Shown in pieces: positions 23,642 through 37,043 of a stretch of 64,000 nt of DNA. The stretch lies in NCBI GenBank assembly GCA_010093815.1, contig ML996569.1; one strand, given 5' to 3'. This DNA comes from Pseudovirgaria hyperparasitica (taxonomy: Eukaryota). Position 1 is the stretch's first letter. Each line of letters starts with the position of its first letter. The translations under genes and the position numbers were made by a program. The notes beneath the pieces are model-generated. The model was not told the DNA's origin. It was given only the letters and a program-made list of their open reading frames with translations, and did not search any database.

Positions 23642-26600
23642 ATGTCCGCTGCGACCAACGCGGCCTCCATCAACGGTACCAATACCTCTTCATCCTCGCA
23701 ATCCTTCAATGCTTCTGGAACAAAGGCACAACTGAAGATGAGCTCGAGCGGAAAAGCGTTGGACGGTTCGCGCAAGCAGGCTGGAAGTCCTATTGACAAT
23801 GCGCAAAGGTGAGCTATTCCCACTACCATCACTCGTCCTCTCTGTCATTTGATCCCATTGGATCTATCCGTCGCTCATGCTTCCGATCGTCATTCAACCT
23901 TCTGGTCTTCGTTCATTTCTCTTTGTCGTTGCTGCGTGTCGTACATGCCTCAAGACCTGTCACATGCGTCTTGGGCGCGACATCAATCGATATGCAGTCC
24001 ACAATAGCTCAGACTCGCTCATTCATCCAGACCATGTCCTTCGTCATACCCTTTAGCATGTCATCCCCTTGACAAGTAAGAAATTCGTTGTAACTGAACT
24101 GACAGTCATCTCACAGAAAGTCAACCCCCAAAGCTTGGACTGGCAACAACAATGCCATCACACAACGACCCTCAAATATGAGCACATCGAATGGCGTCGT
24201 AAGCAACACAAAGTCTCTTGCTGCTCCCAAAACAGCAGCACTACAGCCCACAGAGTCGAATTCTATCATAGCAGAGAAACACGCCGCCGACCGCATGTTG
24301 TTTCTCCTCGCAGGCTTCGTGGTAAGTCGCGTGTAGACCTATCCTGGTGCCCTTTTGCTGGATATGCCATTGCAGAGTGGCATCGTGGATACAAAATTCG
24401 TTGTCATAGGTAGCTGACATCTTGCTCAGGGCCATCATTCTTTCTTTACTCTCAAGAATGGAGACAAATACTCGGGCATATTCTCTGGTGCATCACTTGA
24501 AACTTCAGAATCGAGATATGTTTTCAAGATGGTCAAGCGCGTACAACAAGCCAATGGCAGCCCTGAACCTATCGACGAGTACATTGGTACCGGTGGTGAT
24601 CACGTCATGTCCGTCGACATCGTCGACGTTGTAGATCTCGATGTTCAACAAGTCAAGCTTGATAGAATCCAGCCGCGTCAGCAAAACGGTGAGACACTCC
24701 CGCTCGATGTCACAAACGCCCACTAATCAATTACAGGAATATCTTCTTTCCAGACCGACTCCGACATCTCTGGTAACCTCGCTATCAAAGAGCGTGAGCT
24801 CAAGCCTTGGCAACCGGCAGACAATGCGGGTCCGGGTCTTTCCCTCGAGGACTCAGGTAAGCCATGGGATCAATTCGAAGCAAATGAGCGTCTTTACGGG
24901 ATCAAGAGTACTTTCAACGAGAACGACTACACCACCGCTATTGACAAGAGCAATCCATTGTACAAACAACGCTTCGCGAATGCTGAGAGGATAGCGCGTG
25001 AGCTTGAGGGCTCTGCAGCTACTAGTGCTCACGTTGCTGAAGAGCGCGGGCTGACCACGCATGACGACAGCGGTCTAGATGAAGAAGACAAGTCAGTAGT
25101 ATCTGTTATCCCAACACATGATGCCTTTACTTACACTTAACAGGTATAGCGGTGTACGTCGAGATTTCCCATCGCTCGCGTCTGGCCAGCCAAATAAATA
25201 CACGCCGCCAGCTCGACGAGCCCCTACAGGTCAGCCTACGGTTCCAGGTGCACCTGTAGACCCTGCGATCATCTCTGCATCTATTGCTCGTCCTCCATCT
25301 ACCACGACCTCACCGACCAAAGCTGACGAGGTTACTCCTCAGCTTCCTGTACCTGCTACGGACAAACCCGCGGAGACATTGAAACAAGCTGTCACTGCCG
25401 TACCGAGTGCAGGGGTCGCGAATGCAAGCACTTCACAGGATCCAAAGATCTCACCACCACAAGCTAGCGAGGCCAGCCAGAAACCTAGCGCAACTTTGAA
25501 GCCCACAGCCCCGGTAACAGCTCAGACGAACAAGTCCACGGCAAGAGTTGAGAATGCTACAGCCAATGTTGAGAATGAGTTGCTAAAATCTTTCAAGCAG
25601 TTCTCATCGAATGAGAAGTTTCGCATTCAAGAGCAGCAACGAAGCATGGCTCGTGCTGACAAGGCCGTTAAGCTCAACGATTTGAAGAAGTTCTCGGAGA
25701 TGTTCAAACTACACACCCCTGTTCCACAAGACCTGGTTCCTATTCTAGCAAAGGATGAGTCTAAGCAACAAGAAATAGTAGAAAAGGCGCTGAAAAATGT
25801 CAATGAAGCCAAGACGACGCCAACAAAGCCCGCTACAGCTACTACTCTTGACACCAAAACACCACGAGCAACTCAAAACGTTACTTCACCAGTCGCCCAA
25901 CCTGACAAGAGCAATGGTTCTCGTCAACAACGGCAGGGCCCAGGCAATTATCCTACTAGCTCTATGAGGGGGTCACATCATCAGAACGTACCCCGTTCCG
26001 GTGGTGGCCCCATGGGCCAACGATCATCCGTAACGGGCCAGCAGTACAAGGCTGGCACTATCCACATGCCGGCCTCTCAGCCTCAGCCCATCAACAACAT
26101 TCACATTCCTTCCGGACCTTCGGCCACTTCAAGTGGCATCCAAACGCCTTCATCTGGCGTTTCTACGCGGTTCAACGTCAAGGCAATGGAATTCAAGCCG
26201 AACCCTGCTGCGAGTACATTCACACCTGGTGGTAATCCGAGCAATACATCCAGTCCGCGTGTGACTACACCAGCTCGCCCCGACTCTTCACGCAAGGTTG
26301 TTCTTACGAGCTTCTTCGGTGGCCAGAAACCCAAACTACCGTCCGATTCGTCCGTACTTGACACTGCCTTCAACCCCATCGAACGTATGAGGAAGGAGGC
26401 CGAGGCCGAAAAGAAGACCAAGGATTACGTCTTGAATGGCGGTATCCCACAAGCTTTCCGCACAGGTCCTTTGTGGGAGGTCCGTCCGGAAAACGCAGAG
26501 AAGAAATACGTCGACTGTTTTCAAGTCATGCAAACAGCCGCACAACCTATTGTCACCCACGGCCAGATGGGTGGACCTCACGTGCCCCATCAGCACCAGT

Positions 26601-27454
26601 TGCCGCATCATCTCCAGCAACAGATCCCAAATATGCCGCAACATCACACCCCGCATCATACTCCTAGGCACCCCCATGCGCAACCGCACCATGCTCAGGG
26701 AATGCCCCACTTCGAAGGGGGACATCCCATGCAATTCTCGGCCTCTCAGTCATCCATGCATCCTACTTCTCGTCCTGGACAGAATTACGGAGGGTATGGA
26801 CCACAAATGCAACAAGGCATGCCTCCGGCCGCAGTCTTCCAGCAATCCATGCCGGGATACGGCATGAGCCCTAACATCCATCACCGTCAGCCGGGAGGGC
26901 CGCAATTTGTTCATCAGATGCCTGTCATGGGTGGACATGTCATGACACAAAACCCGTCACAAGGTCCTTACATGGTCCCTGGCAATCCCCAGGTCCAAAT
27001 GTATACTCCACTTCCTGGTCAGGCCTATCCGCATCATGGAGGTCCTATGCCGATGCAGCCAGCACCTAACGGATTCTCAAGCCCGAGAGCACACGGAGCT
27101 CAAATGATGGCCCATCAAGGATCGCAACAGGGCCATCAGCCTCAACCACAGATCATGTACATGCAACCTGGTCAACATCAGATGATGCAAATGCCCCAAG
27201 GCCCAAGTATGAACTACCGCCACTATGCCAACAAACGACAAGCTAACAAGCCGGTAGTGAATACGCCACAGCGCCACTTCCAGCAGCTTCCTCAGATGCA
27301 CTTCGGATCACCACATCAAAGTCACCCTTACCCCCAGCAGCCGCATCGTGGAACGCCTAGCGCAACCTACAGCCAGCCAATGATGCCCACACAGTCTCTT
27401 CCACCACATACTGGACCGTCCCCTCACGCTACCAATGGCGAAGAAGCCAAATGA
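23642..27454 (+). CDS. pbp1: Pab1-binding protein / ataxin-2 homolog (Lsm, LsmAD, PAM2)
   Basis: Introns 23809-24116, 24322-24429, 24689-24736, 25092-25143 and 27207-27257. LsmAD WDQFEANERLYGIKSTFNENDYTTAID...HVAEERG...DEEDK|YSGVRR; PAM2-like FNVKAMEFKPNPAASTFTP; Q/P/M/H-rich low-complexity tail. Confidence 0.92.
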
Positions 27455-28578
27455 ATTGCCCTTTCATCACATCGAAATTGCCTGTTTCGGCTGCAGCGTC
27501 CAACACCGCATCGATCGCAGGACTGAGCGTTTTGGCCCAAACGACTCTCTGCACGGCTCGTCGCTGTACAACAGTGGCGTTGACTTCATTCGGCTTCTTT
27601 CGTCAAACTTCTTGTGCACGTGCCACACCCCCTTACTGTCTTTATATTGGTTGCTGTTGCATTTAGCGTACCTTGATCAAATCCGGACCTGTACCCGGTA
27701 CGGCGTCTTCGGTGGCCATGGACGGCGTCCGCGTGTGTGTACCAACGGAAAAAAAAATGGCATCAGCGACTGGCGTTTTCTTTTATTTCTGCATCTCGGT
27801 CTCAAGCAGACTTATGGCCCCTCTCGACGCCAACGGTACAGCATAGGCTGAACCTCAGGTGTGTATTGATGGCCTTCCGAAATGAGGTAGGTCGTGCCTT
27901 GTCGTCGGCACGTGAGTAGGCATGGAAACATGAACAGGACAGTCGATGGGCTTGGGTGGTTGTTGTATCGGTGGAATGGGAAGATCGTTCGAACAAAGCC
28001 TGTCCAATAGGACGAGAAGGCTCTAAAATTAGTTTCAAGTAGAGCAGATCGCATGTTTCTTGGTCTAGATGAGTAGTCTAGACAGTAAATGCAGAAACGT
28101 GATGGCTCTTTACCGTGTTCCATTGTGATTTGGACCCTTTGTGTGTTGTTTAACGACCACATGCGTGATGAAGCACAAGCTTCTTCATACATCCTGTGTG
28201 GATGACCATCTCGCCGCTCAATGGTCCCTAGTTACTGATAGTTGTGTGTATCATAAACTCCATCGTTCTAAATCCAATGCCAAGTGATGCTACTAATTGA
28301 TGAGAGAGCTAAGTAGGAGATGACCTACTCCACAGATACAACAAATACAGCATTCACTACCTATGTGCGAACAGTAGTAGCTGTGCAGCACGACGGAGTG
28401 AATCTGTTGTGAACGGACATGCAGTCATTGTTCATTGTCATAGTACTAGATTGCAGGCCCCCATATCAGGCCTTTTATCGCTCACTGCACCTAGCAGCAC
28501 ACACCATAACAGAAGAGCCCCCATGTCCCCGACGTCCAAAGGCAGAGCAACAACACGATCCCTCTCCAACCCCCATCC

Positions 28579-29918
28579 TCAGTGCCCAACCATCGCCTCC
28601 GCCCACTCAGGCAACCTCTTCCCCACCGTCTTCGCCCTATCCACAACCGCCCTCATCTCCTCCACCTCCGCCTGCGTCAAGTCAACCTCCCTACTCGCCC
28701 AATTCTCCTCCAGCCTGCCCACCTTCGTCGTCCCCGGAATCGCAATCATCCCCTGACTAGCCACCCAGGCAAGCGCCAGCTGCGCCACACTACACCCTTT
28801 CCGCGCCGCCAGCTTCCGCATCTCCGCCACGACAGCCTTGTTCTGCTCAAAGTTGCGGCCCTGGAATTTGGGCAGGGTGCGGCGGAAGTCGTCGGCGGCG
28901 AAGGCGTCTGGCGAGCTGTAGGCGAAGTTGTCGACGAGCCAGCCGTGGCCGAGCGGGGAGTAGGCGATGTAGGGGATGTCGAGTTCGCGTGCGGTGCTGA
29001 TGAGGCCGTCGGTTTCGTGGATTGTCTCAAAGGCTGAGTATTCGGCTTGGATGGCGTCGATGCGGGCGACTTTTGTAGCGGGGAGGGTCATATGTTAGTT
29101 TTGATTTTGGGCAATTGTTGACGGGACATTTTGAGAAAGGGGGAAAGGTTTGGGGGGAGAAAAGGGGGAAAGGTTTGGGGGGAGAAAAGGGGGAATTGGC
29201 GCTTACTTGAGTTTGCCTTGCGCAGCGTTGCGGCGGAGCATTCGGAGAGGCCAATGTATTTTGTCTTGCCGGCCTTGCGGATCGTGTCGAGGGCGGAGAT
29301 TGATTCTTCGAGAGGGGTGTCTGGGGGTGGTTAGTGTAACACGAACGGCGGGCAGGGAGTGCAAGAAGGGGTCAACGCACTCGGGTCGATGCGGTGGAGG
29401 TAGTAGAGGTCGGGAGCGAAGCCGAGTCTGTCAATGGTGCCGTCGATGTATTTCCGGATGTGCTTGGCCGAGTTCGTCAGCTGGCCGGAGCCGAAGCAGT
29501 CGAAGCCACACTTAGACGCGACTATGCCGGCACGCACGGTCAGCTTCATCGTATGAAGAGTCTTTTGAGAGAGGAGGGGGGCTGGGGCGAGTTGAGAGAA
29601 GGGGAAGGAGGAGCACGCAACTGAAGACCTTGTCTCGGACGTTGTGCTTGCGGATGAAGTCGCCGAGCAGCTTCTCGTTCATGCCGGCTCGGTACACGAC
29701 CTGGCGGATCGTGTTAGTATCTTGCCCAGCCTCAAGATGGTCTCTATCGAATGACATACAGCCGTGTCCCAGAATGTGCATCCCAGCTCAATGGCCTTGA
29801 GGAGCACGGGTTCGGCCTGCTTGGGACTGAGATTGGTGCCACAGCCCATACTGATGCCCATGGCGCCAAACCCTGGGGAAGGGACGGTAATGCCACGGAA
29901 TGGAATTGATTTCACCAT
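28579..29918 (-). CDS. Aldo/keto reductase (YakC/pyridoxal reductase-like)
   Basis: Multi-exon gene: GFGAMGIS...[61 protein letters not shown]...[13 protein letters not shown]. One intron has a weak donor (GTTGCG). Confidence 0.9.
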
Positions 29919-30967
29919 GTTGATAAATTGCACGGATAAAGGGGGATAAGTTCTCTGACTGCATGCAATATAGATGGTGAGTCTAGTAAAGGCTCGTTTA
30001 TAAAGTAGTATTCATTGTTGTTATAGGGGGAACTGGAAAGGGGATAGCGGAAGTAAAGCTTAAGACCGATCCTGAGGCAGCATCGCCAGGGCAGTGAAAT
30101 GATATGCCCTCACGCTTCTTCACTGTTGTTAGGGCGTTCCACTGTTAGCAAGGGGTGGTGGTGGCGGGTGTGTGCAGCTTCAGTAGACTGCTGTTTCACT
30201 TGCCCAACGTTTTACCAATACCTGCCAGACTCAGTTGGAAAAATTCCTCGTCGAGTCTCCGACTGTGAAGTGAGCGGATTGGGACGTTAAATCCGGTGAG
30301 TGCGATCTCCAGCTGCCTGATGACGCTGCACGCAAGGATTGTGGTTACCCCCGACTCAGACACCACCGGCTGTTGGAATACTGCCTCGTAACGGGTATCG
30401 CGCAGGCCAACATCAAACACGATCAGAAATAAAAATGCTTCATATATATCGAATCTTATGACCCTTTTATCTGTCTGCTGATCGCTAGGACGGTATGTCT
30501 GCTGTCCGACATCTGCGGAAGAGTTTCCAGAACGCTCACTTCAATGGGATGGAGGAGTGTCATTCTAACAGCTAATTATCTGTCTAGTCTTCTCGGCTGG
30601 CCAATGGTGCATGGCAGGGCTCGTAGTCAAGGAGCCTTCGATTGTGATATTCAGGTCTCTGGGCCTCAGGAAGATCTTGCTTCATGTCGTTGGCCCTCGT
30701 CCTAACTACTAACTACAGAATCTCGATACATACTCGAGAATATCAGCCGGACTCTTAGGATACTTGAGTTTCTGGGTCGGTTCATCATAGCGCAAGAAAC
30801 ACTATCTCGAGGATCGATGCATGCCGAACACGAGGATTGAGGCCTGATGTCTCGTGGTATCATATTCAACCTGTCCGATTCATAGTATCCAAGTCGGAAA
30901 ATTCTAAGCAAAGCCGAGGACTTGCCAGCATGATCTCCTACACATTCGATATCGCCCGTCTATCGCA

Positions 30968-33824
30968 TCACGCTTTCAAAGACCAAAACCCGCCGTCTAC
31001 AGCAGCTCCTGTCGGAAATAACCACGAGTCTGGGATATTGAAATTGAAGTTATTGAGCTGCATAGTGTCAGTCACATCACAATTCCTGGTCGGCCTTTCG
31101 TGGGCTTACCATGTCAAACGCATTCTCATCCGGCCATGCGTCACCCATCATGGTGTCAATTTGAGCTGGTACTACCATTTCACCTTCTCTTCCAGCGTTC
31201 ATCTCCGCAAGCCTCGCTTTAAACACTGCAATACTCTCCGTCAAGCTCTTCTTTGCCGCCGCCAGTATCTTCTCTTCGATCTCACTCTGCTCGGCCCCGG
31301 CCTCCATGGCATCGATCTGCGCCTTGACACAATCCCACTTTAGCGCACCTTTAACGTTCGTCTCTGCCACTCTCGTCCGCTCTCGCAGCATCCTAGCATT
31401 CTCCTCCAGCATACCGTATAGTTCTCGCCGATTCGTCTCCTGTGCCGCAGAAGCCAAATATGACTGTTCTTCGAACTTGCTCATGATGTCCAGACTTATG
31501 AACAAAAAGCATAGGATGTACACATCCCTAAACATGCCACTACCAAGCAACTTGACCCGGTAGAACGAATATTTATCTGCAGGATCAGTCTGGGCACCGG
31601 CGATGAATACTGCGCACTCCATACAGACTTTGTGCGAGTAGTACAAATTTGCATTGTCAAATGACTGTAGTGCGAAGCCTGAGTGCAATGAGATCAGAAA
31701 GCGATGAGTGAGTAGATCGATGAGCTTGGTATGGAAGTCGCGTGGTGGTGTGGTTGCTTTGGCATAGATGCGGAAGAGCCGATGTATGGTACGGCATTGA
31801 GCTGAGAGATCGTTACCGAGCCGCGGGACGCCCTGATATGTGAGATCTTTGCGAAAGTCTGCGAGTTGGGTGGCAATCTCGAGACGGATGGGAAAGGTCT
31901 TGTTCAGCAAGACCAGCATGGATGTAGACGTATATTGGTCGAGGGGCTTTGTCGTGGGCATTTCGCGGCAATCTTCGGAAAGTTGCTCGTCGTCGATGTT
32001 GGAAGGACTCGCTGTATCATAGTCGTTGATGGAGAGGAGAGGGGAAGCAGCAGAGTCCATGGCGCCTTGAAGGTTGAGCTCGACAACAGTGGCCCAGAGT
32101 CGACGACGCATCTCAGATTGATAGACGGACATGCATGGTATGTGGCTAGGGTCGCGATGTAGTCCCATGTGTATAGCGGTTCGGAGAAGAGTTCCAGCAG
32201 ACAGCCACGTCATGTCTCCCCCGATGCCGAGGGCCTGGCGAGCAATCAGCAGTAAGCAATGGATCTGGAGCCCTGCAATGTTTGTGCGAGGCTTCTCGTT
32301 GGGCGTGCTGAGCCATGCTTGAACTCGGTGTATCCACTGCGCGGCCACGAGCCTGCTGGCATGCGTTGTTTCGGCAAAGTCGACGAAGCAAGCACCTATC
32401 GACATCATTGCTAAGATTTTCATGAAAATGGGCGCACACGCCGTTTGCGGGTTGTCCCAGAACCTGGTGTAGTCTCTTCGGAAGGTCGGTACATGAACTA
32501 CACGATAGACACCTTCGAAAGTTCTGAGATATGCAGTGACTAGTCGATCTACAATATCTTTCGGAGGCAGAATGGTATATAGTTCCGACGTGGCCATCAC
32601 TGGCACATCAACCGGCCTCTTGATTTCCCTTGCGAGCTGTTTACACTGGCCAAGCAGACGCGGCACCTCCGCGTCTGGCTCGCGTTCTGCTTTGTGGTAG
32701 ACACGTAGGATTAGACAGAACTAAGGACATGTTAAAAACCGATAGGTATTGAAGAACGTAGGACAAGTACCTTCTCGAGACAGCTACGCCAATGTCCTTG
32801 CGCGAAGAGTCGAGTCTTCTCGAATGTCCACCCAGCCGGCAACTCCTCGCTGGTGACATGATCTGGGAGGGGTTTCTTCTTTGCACGTTCCAACTCAAGG
32901 GCACCTGAAAGTTTCTTTTCAAGATCCTTGACGCCATCAATGAGAGCTTGATTAGCATTGGACCCATGTCCGTCCTGAGTTTCCTGAAGGTCCTTCGAGA
33001 ATGTCGATAATTGCTCAAGTTTATCAAGAGCTGCTTGGAGTGCCGTCTCCGAGGTCCGACTTGACTGTGTTGTGTCACTGTGTTTATTTCTACTAAATAT
33101 CATGGATGAGGTGATCTTGTGAAAATGATCGGCTGGAGCGTCATCTACATTCGAAGAGTTAGAGCGCGAAGAGCCAGGGTCAAGCTGAACACCTTGGCCA
33201 GTCTCCTCTATAGGGGCTGCGAAGCGTCAGTAAGAGTGTTGATTAGGCAGAAAAGCACACACAAGCGTGGCACAGATAGGGATCAAACAACTGTCTTCGC
33301 CAGATGCTGCCCCGAGACTTCACCGCAAGGTCATTAGCCACTGCTGGCTTGTCCCGAATTTGATCATCTCCGACTGAAGATATGCTTGTTGGCGGACTCA
33401 GAACGATCTGCTGTTGCGGCGTCTGATGCGGTGTCTCGTTCTTTCGAGCCGGGTGCTTCTCTGGAACCCTCTCATCCAGCGTAAATGTACACTGTCTTGT
33501 ACAACCCATGCGAATACATTGATTACATGGTAAATTCCGATCGCACTTTACTTTACGAGAGCGGCAACGTGTACAGGCAAGTGCAGGACGTCGGCGTTTC
33601 TTGGGAGTGACAGAAGAGCTGGTCATGCTTGGATTAAGCGTATCTTGCATTATGTTCGAAGACAAGGAGGGAGATAACGCCACGGATGTATCTGGATTGT
33701 TTGCAACTATATCCCGTAACTCACGAATAGAGTTAGTCGAGTTCTGCATCTCGTCCGAGTTGATGTTGAAGCTGTATCGGGAAAATCTGTCGCGCTTTTC
33801 GGGGTATAGCTCTTTACTTGCCAT
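30968..33824 (-). CDS. Zn(II)2Cys6 transcription factor with fungal-specific TF domain
   Basis: KKRRRPALACTRCRSRKVKCDRNLPCNQCIRMGCTRQC; middle-homology region AIHMGLHRDP...EMRRRLWATVVEL; last exon LNNFNFNIPDSWLFP...LKA*. The start codon (33824 or a downstream Met) and the first intron donor are uncertain. Confidence 0.88.
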
Positions 33825-34505
33825 AAGACTCGGGCTTTAAACAAGAAGACCTCGAGACATTCAGCCATACGCTCAAGATGCCAGTCTGTTAAACGACATA
33901 CACTTCCAGCTGTCCTGAAGTGCACAAAATGTGCTATAAAGTTGTTTCCCGGCAAAATGGGGAAGAATCAGAATCAGATTACGTTCGGCGATTGACCAGA
34001 TCGGGGCCAAATGCCAATACTTCGGTGTCGGAAGCCTACCCGATATCTCCGACCCTCGGACGTAGGGGCTTTCTCGTGTATGAAGAATGGAATGGCAAAA
34101 TGCAGTGAAGAGAAATGCGCCCTCACATTTCATGATTCCACAGCCGCAATATCATTGTCATTACCGACGTCGATCAAACGTATATGAACTCTCGGTTGAA
34201 AGATTGGCAGTGACTGCTTTTAGCAAACGCAGTATACTGTATACATACATAAGAGAATCGTGTGAAACTTTCGATTCCCTATAGCCAACTTGAGCGGATA
34301 AGAAGAGCGTACCGGAGACAATGAATACGAAGTACAAGAGTCTGTATTCCGCTGGGTATCCACGCTGCTGTACACCTGACGCACTTTAGGACAACTTCAC
34401 GATGGTCTGTCGGTATTAAAATAAGTGCTCTTGGAGCTGAAGAGCTAAAGTCACTAGATACTACCCCACAAAGGCAGGATCTATCTAGAAACGAACAGGT
34501 GGCAG

Positions 34506-35209
34506 CAGAGTTCCTATCAATCAGTTCAGTTCAACTTTGGGCCTCTAGTTGAACTGGACTGAAGTACTTCAATCCTAGCCGTCGTAGAATTAGATTAAAC
34601 TATTAATCCTAGTAGTAGAATTAAAGTTAAACTAGACTAGACTAAAGTATATTAGTAAGATTAGCTAAAAGTCTTAAAGATAGATAAAATTTAGTGTTTT
34701 AAGGCTATATATCTATATTACCTATATAGTAATTCTTAATATAAGTAGGTAATAAGCTAAAAGGAGACTATATTCATATTATTAGTATATAGCTATTAGT
34801 ATAGAGACTTTCTGTGGTACTTTATATAAGAGAGTAGAGGAAAAATCACGTGAGTTTCACGTGACTATCACGTGAAATCACGTGGCATATCATCTAATAG
34901 CCCACGCTTACCTAATATACCTAGGAGTCATATAATATATCATGTGATGCGTCATGTGATGCGTCACGTGACATAATATCACGTGACATGGTTCTGATGA
35001 ATCTATCCGAATCACCTAAGCTCAAGAGGATATCTACTAATATACTATCTATATATAACTTCAGTTCAACTCAACTATTAGCAACTTAATCCTACCCTAG
35101 GATTGAATTGGACTGAGGATCCAACCCTTGGCAAGAGGCCTCAGTTGAACTGGACTGAGTCAATTCTGGAGAGGCAGAATTGAAGTTGGACTGATTGATA
35201 GGAACTCTG
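34506..35209. mobile_element. Non-autonomous hAT-type DNA transposon (MITE), partly RIP-mutated
   Basis: Terminal inverted repeats beginning CAGAGTTCCTATCAATCAGT (20 bp perfect, then imperfect); 8-bp target-site duplication GGTGGCAG at 34498-34505 and 35210-35217; subterminal GTTGAACTGGACTGA repeats; TpA-rich interior; no transposase ORF. Confidence 0.92.
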
Positions 35210-36408
35210 GGTGGCAGATAATAGCGCAACACAATACAATGCCAAGAGTTGTCCCCGTGAGCCTCAATTCTCTCTATCGTTAATCGAACTTGTACTTAGG
35301 CTAGTAATTAGTTTTTTACTTAAAGCCGACTGTTTCGTTATGTAAGAGCAGTCTCGCACTTCGGTTCCATAAGCCTCAGACAAAGTCTTTGCGCTTGAAA
35401 CACCTAGGCTGTGGATTACTTCATCATTGTACAGCGACCATGTCATTACTCTGGCAGGTCAGGCACGGTATGCTCGGTCAAGCGGCCGATGCGGTGGGTG
35501 GATGCTTTCGTGGGGGACCTCCTAGATTGGCATAGGTAATACTATAACTAAACTTTGGACTATGGAGCTACATCTACCGCCGCTGGGTCCGTTGACTTTG
35601 GCACATATTGAGACTGTGCTTTCGAGGGATTTTACGTAGAGTATGGTGGCGTTGGACAAGGATTGACTTGTGATCGGTGCAGATATTCAATCTCATCATA
35701 TGCCTGGTCGCTAGAGGACGTGCGTACCTAATTAGAGCGCAACTAATGCAATTAACTTCAACATACCTGCAGTCATGGAAAGAAAACGATGTGTTTCTGC
35801 AGTTGCGGATGAAATATACTGATATTTGTGTTCATACGTCCTTTCGAGTAATTCTTACTAATATAGCAAACGTTAAATTTTTACAGAAAAGTACCGGGAC
35901 TTGACACGAAAACATCGTAGACTTTCAGGGGCTTGTAGTTCATGTCTGGCACATTTCTGACTTAGACGGCTATGCCGCATTCGCATGTCGGATGTACGAT
36001 ATCGTGGGCTCAGGTGACGGAAGTTGCCGATGGGATGGATCAAAGGACCAAGCAGCTAAAGAATGCTAGCTGAAGCTCAATGTCTTGGCTAACGACGCTT
36101 TGCGCGCATCTTGGAGTCGGCAAGACTCATGATGCCAAGCAGGATCTTGAACGTCATGCTGAGCTAGGTCATGCAGCTGGGATGGACGTTTCAAAATGGT
36201 TCTATTTTCGGAACTTCTCGTCTTACCTTGAATAATGCCTCATATAATGAGACATTAGTTTGTTCCCACGATATCTGCGCGAATAACAAAAAGATAGAAT
36301 GAAACTGGTAGTTTCGCGACTGGCGCACGTTTCCTATGGGTGAGATTTATAAATTATCTTCGAGTTCATATTAAACTCTTTTCATAAGTTTATCGGCAAC
36401 GCTCTACT

Positions 36409-37043
36409 ATGCATTTCTTAACACCCTTCTTACTATGGTGGCTGCCACTAGCCTAGTCATCGCTGGTCGTAGACCCCAATTTCCGGAAACCGACCCAAAC
36501 ATAATACGAAACACCGTTACTCTACCAGTCGTAGAGAAGATTATCACTGCTCTTGAAGACCCAGAGCGCAAGTATCCAGATCTATGGAAAGAGGTCTTCT
36601 TTCAGGCCGGAATGTACGACGTCTGGGACCAGATTTGGACCGAAGTCATCCATGGGTTTGGGCGTATTCATCTACCGAAGTATTTGGAGAATAAAAAACC
36701 TACGTGTGATCCAAAAACGCTGGACAATCAGGCCGACTATGAGAAGGCTCTTATAGCGCAATTCAACGATCTTATTAAAAGTAGTAAAGAGGGTGGATAC
36801 GGTGAAAAAGAATTCCAAGATGATTTCACGCACACAAACGGCTCTGCCCAGAGTTATGGATGTGATAAAGGCTGTAAGAAGCAGGCTGTGCACCTCAGCG
36901 ATCTCATAGCCATTCAGGCCGCAATCATGGATTCATGTCGTGGCAACCCCGGTTATGTCATTATTGGGGAATGGCGTGCAGAGTATGGTGTAAAAAGGAG
37001 AAAAGAACACACGATGTGTCATATACATACACAATGGTGTTGA
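36409..37043 (+). CDS. Small Cys-containing putative secreted protein (effector-like), 5' end possibly frameshifted
   Basis: TATAAA at 36348; ATG 36409 (MHFLTP) is one base out of frame with ORF 36435-37043 (MVAATSLVIAG...), which has six Cys in its C-terminal part. Confidence 0.6.

Noticed and set aside
29133..29195. G-rich tandem duplication that could form a G-quadruplex
   Set aside because: A two-copy slippage repeat inside an AKR intron, with the G-runs on the template strand and no further support.
34846..34986. CDEI-like motifs beside AT-rich DNA as a point centromere
   Set aside because: They lie inside a TIR/TSD-bounded transposon, and filamentous ascomycetes have regional centromeres.
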